From Acidobacteriota bacterium (GTDB taxonomy: Bacteria; Acidobacteriota; Thermoanaerobaculia; Multivoradales; JBCCEF01): DNA of 64,000 nucleotides. Below the pieces are notes generated by a model. It was not told where the DNA came from. It was given only the letters and a program-made list of their open reading frames with translations, and made no database searches. Shown here one piece after another: positions 33,014 through 41,742 of the stretch; position 1 is the first letter of the stretch, and each line of letters begins with the position of its first letter. The stretch lies in NCBI GenBank assembly GCA_039030395.1, contig JBCCEF010000001.1:54258-118257 (forward strand). The letters are read 5' to 3'. The position numbers and the translations under genes are program-made.

Positions 33014-36000
33014 ATGGCTGACCCCACCACCGGCGCAACGCCCGAGGACACGACGATCAGAGAGGCGGAGGCCTCCGCCACCCTCGATCAGGGGACCTAC
33101 GAACTGGTGCGGGACCGCCTGGCCGAGCAGGCGAAGGCGCTGGGCGACAAGGCCGAGGCCTTGAACGATCGGCGGATCGAACTCTTCGGCGGCCAGGAGA
33201 TGTCCGTCGCCGGCTCGGTGCGCATTCGCACCGAGAACAACTGCGTGCCGCGCGCCCTCGCCCAGGTCGGCAACCACCTGGTCTTCGGCTACAACGTCTT
33301 CATCGGCCTGCGCAAAGAAACCACCGTCGAGGACGTCTTCAGTTGTCACCACTTCGCGGAGAAGGACGGCGCGTTCACCCTCGAACCGGTGGCGGCGGAG
33401 TTTCTCCGGACTCCGAAGTTCGTTGACGCCTTCGACGAGCTGTACACCTACTACCGCTCCACCCGCCTGCTGCAGCTGCGCAACCTCGACGGCCGGCTGC
33501 TCGCCGTCTTCCAGACCGGTGCCACGGTGCACGACATCAAAGTGCTGCGCTGGGCGATCGATCCGGACGGCAACACCACCTACATCGACAACCGGGGCGA
33601 GCGCGACCACGCCTTCGAACCGTCGCACGATTTCGAGTGGACCCCGACCACCCGCGAGCAACACGTCCACGGCGAGCACAGCCACGTCGACATTCTCGGC
33701 AAGGTGTTCATCGAAACCATCGGTGGCGACCTGACGGTCAAGGTCGAAAACAACACCGAAGACGGCCTGGGCATCTTCCGGGAGCCGGTAGACAACCTCG
33801 ACCAGACGCTGGACGACGCGGAGATCTCCTACGCCGAGATCGGCTCGCTGATCCTGCTCAAGGTGCTGCCCTTCCGCGAGGAGACCTACCGCTACCTGGT
33901 GTTCAACACCCTCACCCAGGAGGTAGCTCGCATCGACTCCATCGGCCAGGCCTGCCAGCAGCTACCGGAAGACCACGGCATCATCTTTCCGGGCGGCTAC
34001 TACCTCGAGGAAGGCGAATCGAAACAATTCGCCGACGCCGGCGAGGATCTGGAATTCGTGCGCCGCCTGCGCTCGCCGAACGGCGAAGACGTGCTCTACG
34101 TCTTCCACGAGCGGGAAAACGGCGGCTTCTTGCTGTTGCCCTACAACCTGATCCGCAAACGAGTGCAGACCCCCATCCACTGTAACGGCTACACGGTGTT
34201 CTCAAGCGGGCGCATGATCCTCTTCCGCTCCATCTCCGAAGAGCCGACGCGGGTCCACACCATGCAGATCTGGCAAACGCCCTTCGAAACCGAAGAGCAC
34301 GCCGCCGGCAAACAGCGCGACCGGGCGGACACCTACCTGGAGCAGATCGGCAACGCCGAGCTGGTGCGCGGCATCGCCGATCTGCTGGCGGTGAAGCGCG
34401 CCATCCTCGAACAGGAGCCGACCAGCGGCGTCTACGAGAAGCTCATCGCCAGCCTCGACCGCGCCCTCGACAGCTACCACTGGCTGGAGCACGAGGAACT
34501 CGACGGCCTGGCCGAAGACCTCGGCCGCATCCGCCAGACGGCGGGCCAGATCCTCGACGAATTCGAAAAGGTGGCGGCCATCCGCGGCCAGTCCGCCCAG
34601 GCCCTGGCGGAGGCCAGCCGGGCGGTGGACGAATTGACCCGCCAGGTCGATCCGGCCCGCTGGACGGACCCGACGGAGCCGATCGAGACGCTGCGCCAAC
34701 TCCGCCGGCAGCGGGGTCATCTCATCTCCCTCGGGGAGCTGCGCTACATCGACGGCGAGCGCCTCGAGGAACTGATGGAGCAGGCCGCCGAGAGCTTCGA
34801 CGAAACCGCCCGGGCGGCGGTCGAGTACCTCGGCGGCGACGCGGCGTTGGAGCCCTATCACCGACGTCTAGCGACCCTCGAAGAAGAGATTTCCGGCCTC
34901 TCCAAGGTCACCGAGACGCGGCACCTCGGCGAGGAAATCGCCACCCTCGACGAGGGCCTGCGGGTGCTGGCGGACGTCACCGGCTCCCTCGACATCGAAG
35001 ACGCCACGGTGCGCGCTTCCCTCCTCGAACGCATCACCGAGGTGCTCACCGGAGTCAACCGCGTGCGGGCGCTCCTCGACGGGCGGCGCAAGGAGCTGCG
35101 CGGCCACGAAGCGCGGCTCGAATTCGGTGCCGAGTTCAAACTGTTCAGCCAGAGCGTCGCCTCGGCCCTCGCCCTCGCCGCCACGCCGGAGCAGTGCGAT
35201 GAGGCGATCGCCCGGTTGATGCTCACCCTCGAGGAGATCGAAAGCCGCTACGCCGACCTCGATGAATTCCTCGACGAGCTGGTGACCAAACGCGAAGAGG
35301 TCACCGAAGCGTTCAGCGCCAAGAAGCAGCATCTCCTCGAAGCGCGCCAGCGGCGGGCGCAGCGGTTGGCGGAAGCCTCGGAGCGCATCCTCGCCTCCCT
35401 CGAACGGCGCGCCGGCAGCTTCGATGCGGAGGACGATCTCAACGCCTTCTTCGCCGCCGATCCCATGCTCCTGAAGCTGCGCGACCTGACGGAGCGTCTG
35501 CGCGAGACCGGCGACCAGGTCAAGGCCGAGGAGATCGAAGGCGCCATCAAGGCGGCGCGGCAGGAGGCCGCTCGGACGCTGCGCGACCGCCGGGAGATCT
35601 TCGAGGCGGGTCACCTGGTGCGCTTGGGGCGTCACCGCTTCGCCGTCAACAGCCAGCCCTTCGACCTGACGGCGGTCACCAAGGGCGACGGCCTCCAGCT
35701 CCACCTCACCGGCACGGACTTCTTCGCGCCGATCGACGATCCGGCCCTGGCCGAGATGGAGGACTACTGGACCCAGTCGGTGGTTTCCGAAACGGAAGAC
35801 CTCTACCGCGGTGAATTCCTCGCCTGCTCCATTCTGCGCGCCGCCGAGCTGGGCGAAGACGGCCTCGATTTGGACGCCCTCCACGTCGCCCTCGAAGAAG
35901 GCACGTTGCTGGAGGTGGTGCGCGCCTTCGCCGCCGAGCGCTACGACGAGGGCTACGAGCGCGGCGTGCACGATCACGACGCCGCCCGGATCCTCGAATA

Positions 36001-38584
36001 CCTTGTTTCGGCCACCTCCACCGTCGGCCTGTTGCGCTACCGGGCGGACGCCCGCGCCCTGGCACTTCTCTACTACGCCACCGGCCTCGACCGAGGCGGC
36101 CAGGACCTGCTCCGCCGGCGCTCGGCCAGTCTGGTGCGACTGCGCTCGAAGCTCGACCACCGCGCCGCCACGGCGGCCCTCGAAGGAGAACTGGCCGAGC
36201 GCATCGCGGCCTACGCCGAAGAGCTAGCTACCTCGGAACGGACCGAGCCGCACCGCGGTGGGCCACCGGTGGCCGCTTCCGCCAGCCCGGCGCAGAGCGC
36301 CGCCTACCTGGTGGAGCAGCTCTCCGAAGCGAGCCCGGAGTTCGTGGTGGCCGGCGACGCGGAAGATCTGGCTGAGGCCTTCCAGCGCCACCTACGGGAC
36401 CAGTCCCTCGATCGCCAGCTCGAAGACGATCTGCGGGCCCTGGAGGATCTCGGCCAGCGCCTCGCCCTCGCCCGCCTGTGGCTCGAAGGCTTCGTCGCCC
36501 GCGGCGCCGGCAACGACACCCCGCCGGCCGCCGAGTGGACCCGCGACGAGGTCGCCGTGTGGCTCGCCCTGGGCGATCGCTCGGGGGTCGAGCGGATCGT
36601 CCACCGACCGCTCCTCGCCGCCGAAGTCTCCGGCCTCCTGGGTTCCCATCGGCGCATTCGCGACGGCCGAGTGAGCCTTCGCCTCGATGAGCTGCTGGCC
36701 CGCTTCGAGCGCTTCCGGGCGGCACGGGTCCCGGGCTTCCGGGCCTACCAGAAACTTCGCCACGAGGCCCTGGAGAAAGCCCGCCGGGACCTGCGCTTGG
36801 CGGAATTCGAGCCGAAGGTGATGAGCGCCTTCGTCCGCAACCGGCTGCTCGACGAGGTGTACCTGCCGCTGATCGGCGACAACCTGGCGAAGCAGATCGG
36901 CGCCGCCGGCGGCGACAAGCGCACGGACCTGATGGGTCTCTTGCTCCTGATCTCGCCGCCGGGCTACGGCAAGACCACCCTGATGGAGTACATCGCCGAC
37001 CGCCTGGGGCTGGTGTTCGTCAAGGTCAACGGGCCGGCGCTGGGCCACTCGGTGACGTCTTTCGATCCCCAGGAAGCGCCCAACGCCACCGCCCGCCAGG
37101 AGGTCGAGAAGATCAACTTCGCCTTCGAGATGGGCAACAACGTGCTGCTCTATCTGGACGACATCCAGCACACCTCCAGCGAGCTGCTGCAGAAGTTCAT
37201 CTCTCTGTGCGACGCCCAGCGTCGGGTGGAGGGCATTTGGCGCGGCCGCGGCCGCACCTACGACCTGCGCGGCAAGCGCTTCGCCGTGTGCATGGCCGGC
37301 AACCCCTACACCGAGTCCGGCGAGCGCTTCCAGATTCCCGACATGCTCGCCAACCGCTCGGACGTCTACAACCTGGGCGACGTCCTCTCCGGCAAGGACG
37401 AACTTTTCGCCCTCTCGTACATCGAAAACGCCCTCACCTCGAACCCGGTGCTGGCGCCGCTCGCCGGCCGCAATCGCCAGGACCTCTACCACCTGGTGCG
37501 CATGGCCGGCGGCGAGAAGGTGCCGGCGGACCAGCTCGAACACCCCTACGGCAGCGCCGAACTGAGCGAGGTACTGGCGGTGCTCGCCAAACTGCTGAGG
37601 GTGCAGGAGGTGCTGCTGGCGGTGAACCGGCAGTACATTGCCTCGGCGGCCCAGGACCCGCGCTACCGCACGGAGCCGCGCTTCCAGCTCCAGGGCAGCT
37701 ACCGCAACATGGCGAAGCTGGCCGAGAAGATCGTCGCCGTGATGGACGCACGGGAGCTCGAAGCGCTGCTCGACGACCACTACCAGGGAGAGGCCCAGAC
37801 CCTCACCTCCGGCGCCGAGCACAACCTCTTGAAATTGCGCGAGCTGCGCGGCGTGCTGACCGACGACGAAGAAGAGCGCTGGCGGGAGATCAAGCAGGGT
37901 TTCGCCAAGCACCAAGCGGTGGGCGACGACGAAGATCCCGTGGCCCGGGTCACCGGCACCCTCGGTCTGCTGTCGGACCGGCTGGCAGAGATCGGCCGCG
38001 AGATCCAGCGCGCGGCCGAGGACCGCACCGTCACCCTCGAAGCACCGGCGAAGGACGAGTCACCGACCGCCCTAAAGGTCGAATTCGGCCCCTACCTGGA
38101 GCGCCTGCAGACGGTGCTTGAAGCCCTCTCGGCAAGCGACACGGCCACCCGCGAAGCCCTCGCTGCTCGACCCGTCGAGGCAACTCCCCCACCCGTCTCG
38201 GCGATCGATCCGGAGCAGGTCGCCGCCATCTACGGACAGCTCCAGGCCCTCGCCAGCGGTCTCGGCACCATCGCCCACACCCTCAACCAGGGGCTCCAGG
38301 CGCGACCGGCCGAGTCAGCCCAGGCGGGCACCACCTTCCAGGTGGTCCAGACCCTCCAGTCCGGCGTCTACGACATTCTCGATGAACTCACCGGTACGGT
38401 GGACCAGGGGTTGATGGAATCCGTGCGCTCCATCCACCGCTGGATGAAACGCCAGGAAGTGCCGCCGGACAAGCGGATCGAAAAACTGTTCAGCACCACC
38501 CTCGAACAGCTCGACCGCATGAAGGACCTGACCACCGCCCTGCGGCGGATCGACACCCAGGGTCTCAAGGCAGGGGAATCCTAG
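33014..38584 (+). CDS. Giant (1856 aa) protein: N-terminal beta-rich domain, ~800-aa coiled-coil region, and a MoxR/AAA_5-like AAA+ ATPase domain near aa 1290-1480.
   Basis: Starts 64 nt after the flotillin stop. Walker A SPPGYGKTT at nt ~36955-36978. Walker B VLLYLDDIQH. MoxR-like sensor region CMAGNPYTESGERFQIPDMLANRSDVY (compare ATQNP...LP.A.LDRF). Long ER-rich helical stretches lie on both sides. Confidence 0.75.
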   Translation: MADPTTGATPEDTTIREAEASATLDQGTYELVRDRLAEQAKALGDKAEALNDRRIELFGGQEMSVAGSVRIRTENNCVPRALAQVGNHLVFGYNVFIGLRKETTVEDVFSCHHFAEKDGAFTLEPVAAEFLRTPKFVDAFDELYTYYRSTRLLQLRNLDGRLLAVFQTGATVHDIKVLRWAIDPDGNTTYIDNRGERDHAFEPSHDFEWTPTTREQHVHGEHSHVDILGKVFIETIGGDLTVKVENNTEDGLGIFREPVDNLDQTLDDAEISYAEIGSLILLKVLPFREETYRYLVFNTLTQEVARIDSIGQACQQLPEDHGIIFPGGYYLEEGESKQFADAGEDLEFVRRLRSPNGEDVLYVFHERENGGFLLLPYNLIRKRVQTPIHCNGYTVFSSGRMILFRSISEEPTRVHTMQIWQTPFETEEHAAGKQRDRADTYLEQIGNAELVRGIADLLAVKRAILEQEPTSGVYEKLIASLDRALDSYHWLEHEELDGLAEDLGRIRQTAGQILDEFEKVAAIRGQSAQALAEASRAVDELTRQVDPARWTDPTEPIETLRQLRRQRGHLISLGELRYIDGERLEELMEQAAESFDETARAAVEYLGGDAALEPYHRRLATLEEEISGLSKVTETRHLGEEIATLDEGLRVLADVTGSLDIEDATVRASLLERITEVLTGVNRVRALLDGRRKELRGHEARLEFGAEFKLFSQSVASALALAATPEQCDEAIARLMLTLEEIESRYADLDEFLDELVTKREEVTEAFSAKKQHLLEARQRRAQRLAEASERILASLERRAGSFDAEDDLNAFFAADPMLLKLRDLTERLRETGDQVKAEEIEGAIKAARQEAARTLRDRREIFEAGHLVRLGRHRFAVNSQPFDLTAVTKGDGLQLHLTGTDFFAPIDDPALAEMEDYWTQSVVSETEDLYRGEFLACSILRAAELGEDGLDLDALHVALEEGTLLEVVRAFAAERYDEGYERGVHDHDAARILEYLVSATSTVGLLRYRADARALALLYYATGLDRGGQDLLRRRSASLVRLRSKLDHRAATAALEGELAERIAAYAEELATSERTEPHRGGPPVAASASPAQSAAYLVEQLSEASPEFVVAGDAEDLAEAFQRHLRDQSLDRQLEDDLRALEDLGQRLALARLWLEGFVARGAGNDTPPAAEWTRDEVAVWLALGDRSGVERIVHRPLLAAEVSGLLGSHRRIRDGRVSLRLDELLARFERFRAARVPGFRAYQKLRHEALEKARRDLRLAEFEPKVMSAFVRNRLLDEVYLPLIGDNLAKQIGAAGGDKRTDLMGLLLLISPPGYGKTTLMEYIADRLGLVFVKVNGPALGHSVTSFDPQEAPNATARQEVEKINFAFEMGNNVLLYLDDIQHTSSELLQKFISLCDAQRRVEGIWRGRGRTYDLRGKRFAVCMAGNPYTESGERFQIPDMLANRSDVYNLGDVLSGKDELFALSYIENALTSNPVLAPLAGRNRQDLYHLVRMAGGEKVPADQLEHPYGSAELSEVLAVLAKLLRVQEVLLAVNRQYIASAAQDPRYRTEPRFQLQGSYRNMAKLAEKIVAVMDARELEALLDDHYQGEAQTLTSGAEHNLLKLRELRGVLTDDEEERWREIKQGFAKHQAVGDDEDPVARVTGTLGLLSDRLAEIGREIQRAAEDRTVTLEAPAKDESPTALKVEFGPYLERLQTVLEALSASDTATREALAARPVEATPPPVSAIDPEQVAAIYGQLQALASGLGTIAHTLNQGLQARPAESAQAGTTFQVVQTLQSGVYDILDELTGTVDQGLMESVRSIHRWMKRQEVPPDKRIEKLFSTTLEQLDRMKDLTTALRRIDTQGLKAGES

Positions 38585-38587
38585 GAC

Positions 38588-39058
38588 TCACAACCAACGG
38601 CGCACCGACGCCCTATAGCGCAAGTACTCGTCACCGAATTTGCCAGTCAGGTACTCCTCCTCGTGGCGCACGGCGGTGAGGTAGACCAGCCACAGGGAGA
38701 GCGGCACCGTGAGGACGATCCAGCCGTACCCCTTGAGCACCCCGGCGCCGATCTGGAGCAGCGCCATCCCCACGTACATGGGATTGCGGGTCCAGCGGAA
38801 GATGCCCGCGGCGACAATCGACGGGGTGGGCTTCCAGGGTTCCGGATCCTGGCCCGAGCGAAAGAAGAGCCGCATCGCCAGAGCGATCAGGAGCGCCCCG
38901 AGAACCAGGCAGAGGATGCCCACCGGCAGGGTCCAGGCCCCGGCGAGCGGCAGGGCGATGACCTGACGCTCCATCAGCGCACCGAGGAGCGCCGCGGCCA
39001 GAAAGACGAGGGGTGGCGGCATGCGCACCCGGGCGCCGTCTTTGGGTTCCGATGACAT
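38588..39058 (-). CDS. Isoprenylcysteine carboxyl methyltransferase (ICMT/PEMT-like) family membrane methyltransferase (156 aa).
   Basis: Multi-TM protein with the C-terminal RNPMYVG...EE.L...FG..Y..Y signature. Confidence 0.75.
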   Translation of the reverse strand: MSSEPKDGARVRMPPPLVFLAAALLGALMERQVIALPLAGAWTLPVGILCLVLGALLIALAMRLFFRSGQDPEPWKPTPSIVAAGIFRWTRNPMYVGMALLQIGAGVLKGYGWIVLTVPLSLWLVYLTAVRHEEEYLTGKFGDEYLRYRASVRRWL

Positions 39059-39164
39059 CGCCCGATCCTATCCCCTGGCAGGATCTTCAGGACCCGGACG
39101 CTCGTCGGTGGCGGACCTTCCGGATGCTATTCTCACCACCACTTGGCCCCCGGAAAGTCTTGCC

Positions 39165-40043
39165 GTGAGACCCATTTTTCAGAGTTCTGACTGCGACCAG
39201 ACCCTGCGGCGCAAGGGTTGGGTTCGAACTCCCCTGCTCGATTCGCGGCAGGTGACTGCGCTGCGGGCGCGGATCGACGAATTGCAGCCCGCCGACGGCT
39301 TTGCGCCCGGCGCGGAGGACCCCCAGCGGCCCACCTATCACTGCACCTACCTCGACCCGAAGGTCGAGTACCGGCGGGCTTCGGACCACCTGATCCGGGA
39401 GTTCTTTGCCGCGCCGCTCAAGGAACTGCTGGCGGACTACCGGATTCTCACCAGCAACATCCACGTCAAGCCGCCGGGGCAGGGGGCGTTGATGATCCAC
39501 CAGAATTGGCCGACCACCGCCCAGCTTTCGGACACCACCGTCACCGCCTGGTGCCCGCTGATCGATGTCGATGAAACGAACGGCGCCCTGCAGGTGATCG
39601 ACGGCAGCCACAAGCTGCTGCCGGAGGTGGCCAATTTCGCCTCGACGCCCTACTTCCACAGCTTCGAGGCGGCCTTGAAGGAAAAGTACTTCGTGCCCTT
39701 GGAGACGACCGCCGGCGAGGCGGTCATCTTCGACGACAGCCTGCTCCACTACTCCGCCGACAACCGCACCGGGCAAGCGCGCGTCGCCATCCAGATCGAG
39801 CTGGTACCGCGGGAACTCACCACGGTGATTCACTGGCTCGACCCGGCTCAGCCGGAGCGCTTCGAGGTGCTGGCGGCGGATTCGGACTTCTACGTGGAAG
39901 TGGGGCCGGCGCTCTTCGCCGGGCGGCCGGACCTGCCCAGCCTGGGGTTCGTCGACAACCGTAATCGACAAATCGACGAGGCCGAGTTCGCGGCGTTGCT
40001 TTCGCGGGGCCAGGAGATCCGGGCAACGATCTACGGCGCGTAG
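39165..40043 (+). CDS. Phytanoyl-CoA dioxygenase (PhyH)-family Fe(II)/2-oxoglutarate oxygenase, copy 1.
   Basis: GTG start with a GGAAAG RBS. HQNW...WCPLIDVDETNGALQVIDGSHK (HxD...H facial triad). C-terminal PSLGF motif. The ORF-track start at 39021 would cross the divergent gene. Confidence 0.7.
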   Translation: MRPIFQSSDCDQTLRRKGWVRTPLLDSRQVTALRARIDELQPADGFAPGAEDPQRPTYHCTYLDPKVEYRRASDHLIREFFAAPLKELLADYRILTSNIHVKPPGQGALMIHQNWPTTAQLSDTTVTAWCPLIDVDETNGALQVIDGSHKLLPEVANFASTPYFHSFEAALKEKYFVPLETTAGEAVIFDDSLLHYSADNRTGQARVAIQIELVPRELTTVIHWLDPAQPERFEVLAADSDFYVEVGPALFAGRPDLPSLGFVDNRNRQIDEAEFAALLSRGQEIRATIYGA

Positions 40044-40046
40044 AAC

Positions 40047-40904
40047 CTACCTCCCGGCAGCGATCCAGCGGCGCCACCACGGCACCCGCACCGGCTCGGC
40101 GCCGGCGTGGTGGGAGATGGCCTGCTCCAGGTCATCGGGCGACAGCTCCGGCGGATTCCACGGCAAGAACCCCAGACTGGGAGCCTCGGGCCGCGACCGA
40201 TAGTCGTAGCGATACAAGAAATCGCGCTCGATGCGAAAGGCTTCGATTTTCTGTGCCTCCGGATCGAGCCAGTAGAACCGCATTTCCGCCCGCCGCGGCT
40301 TGACCCCGACGAAGGCGGCGCTGCGCCGCTCCCGGGAGGTGTTGGAGGTGGTGGCGTGGATCAGCGCGTGGTCAAAGAGCACCGCCTGGCCGCGGCGGAC
40401 GGTGAGTACCTGGCGGTGGGCGTCGACCACCGCCTCCAGCTCGTCGCGAGCGTAGATCGACGGGATGGTGGGGCTGCGGTAGGTCTCGTGAAAGCGGTGA
40501 CTGCCGGGCAGCACACAGAAGGTGCCGTTGCCGGCATCGGTGTCGAGGAGCGGCGCCCAAATCCCGATGCTGCGATGCTCGCCTTCATCCACCAGCGACC
40601 AGTCCTGGTGATTGGTGAACTCGCCGGCACCCGGCGCCTTGATGATGAACACTCCGTCGATCCACTCGGCGTCGTCGAAGAACTGGTCGACCTTCGGCGG
40701 GTAGTACCGCTTGATGAACTTCTGGACTCGGGCTTTGTACTCCTGGTCCGGACTGCGGTTGGAAAAGAACATCCCCTCCACCGGAAAGTCGTGAAGAGCT
40801 TCGAAGGTCGCCACCAGCTCGTCGATCTCGGCGGGCTCGAAGAAGTCCACGATCACCCAGCCTTCGCGCTCCAATTGGGCGCGCGCCGCCGGATCTCTCA
40901 GCAT
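40047..40904 (-). CDS. PhyH-family Fe(II)/2-oxoglutarate oxygenase, copy 2 (285 aa). Paralogue of copy 1.
   Basis: Start MLRDPAARAQ. NHQDW...WAPLLDTDAGNGTFCVLPGSHRF...YWLDP...PSLGF. The 581-aa ORF-track version is a low-complexity artefactual N-terminal extension through the upstream methyltransferase gene. Confidence 0.75.
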   Translation of the reverse strand: MLRDPAARAQLEREGWVIVDFFEPAEIDELVATFEALHDFPVEGMFFSNRSPDQEYKARVQKFIKRYYPPKVDQFFDDAEWIDGVFIIKAPGAGEFTNHQDWSLVDEGEHRSIGIWAPLLDTDAGNGTFCVLPGSHRFHETYRSPTIPSIYARDELEAVVDAHRQVLTVRRGQAVLFDHALIHATTSNTSRERRSAAFVGVKPRRAEMRFYWLDPEAQKIEAFRIERDFLYRYDYRSRPEAPSLGFLPWNPPELSPDDLEQAISHHAGAEPVRVPWWRRWIAAGR

Positions 40905-41719
40905 GTCTTCCTCGCTTTTAGCTCGAGCCAGTCGAGGTAGGTGACCGGCTCGCCCTGGTAAATGTCGATGCCGTGCTCGGCGCAGAAAGCATTGCCGAGG
41001 TCGTGCTGAGTGGCGATGGGTAGCTCGCGCAGGTAGTCGACGCGGAAGCCGGCCTGTACGAGCCAGCGGGCGATGCGGTCGCTCGGCTGAACTTCCAGAC
41101 GGAAGTGCCGGTTGGTGTTGGCGACGGCCCGTTTCACCCGCCGCGCCTCTTGGCCCCGCAACGGATCGCGGCGCCGGAAGAGGTCTTTGACGTAGAGGAT
41201 TCCCCCGGGACGGAGCACCCGAGCCGCCGCGGCCAAAACCATCACCGGTTGCCGCGCGTGCACCAGCGATTCGAGAAACAGAACGGCGTCGAAGGCTCCC
41301 GTCGGAACATGGCGATCGAGCTGGTGGAAGTCGCCTTCGATCACCCGCACCCGGTTGCCGAGGCCAGCATTCTGGACATTGCGCCTGGCCTTTTCGACCT
41401 GCACCGGCGACACATTGATCGCGTCGACGAACACCCGGCGGCGGCGCGCCAGCCAGCGGGCAGGACCCCCGACGCCACAGCCGGCGTCGAGAATTCGCTG
41501 GCCGGGAGCCAGTTCCACCTGGTCTGCGATGTGGGAAAACAACTCGTCCAGGTCGTGGGTCCGGCTGGACTGGAAGGTATCGCCGAAGGCCGCCTCGTAG
41601 CGCGAAGTCCAGCGGTCGTAGTAGGCCGCCACGGCGGCCGGCGGCGGAGCGCCCCTGCGCCAGCTCGCCGGCCAGCGCAGCCAGCGCCGGACGGAACGTC
41701 CCAGTCTCGGTCTCAGCAT
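40898..41719 (-). CDS. Class I SAM-dependent methyltransferase (274 aa).
   Basis: Start MLRPRL. Motif I ILDAGCGVGGPARWLA. Post-I acidic residue. VLFLESLVHA. Its 3' end overlaps the PhyH copy 2 start by 7 nt. Confidence 0.75.
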   Translation of the reverse strand: MLRPRLGRSVRRWLRWPASWRRGAPPPAAVAAYYDRWTSRYEAAFGDTFQSSRTHDLDELFSHIADQVELAPGQRILDAGCGVGGPARWLARRRRVFVDAINVSPVQVEKARRNVQNAGLGNRVRVIEGDFHQLDRHVPTGAFDAVLFLESLVHARQPVMVLAAAARVLRPGGILYVKDLFRRRDPLRGQEARRVKRAVANTNRHFRLEVQPSDRIARWLVQAGFRVDYLRELPIATQHDLGNAFCAEHGIDIYQGEPVTYLDWLELKARKTC

Positions 41720-41742
41720 CCCCGACCCTGTACACTGGCGGG

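Noticed and set aside
34868-37915. 430-aa and 507-aa minus-strand ORFs
   Set aside because: They are antisense shadows of the 1856-aa AAA+ protein gene.
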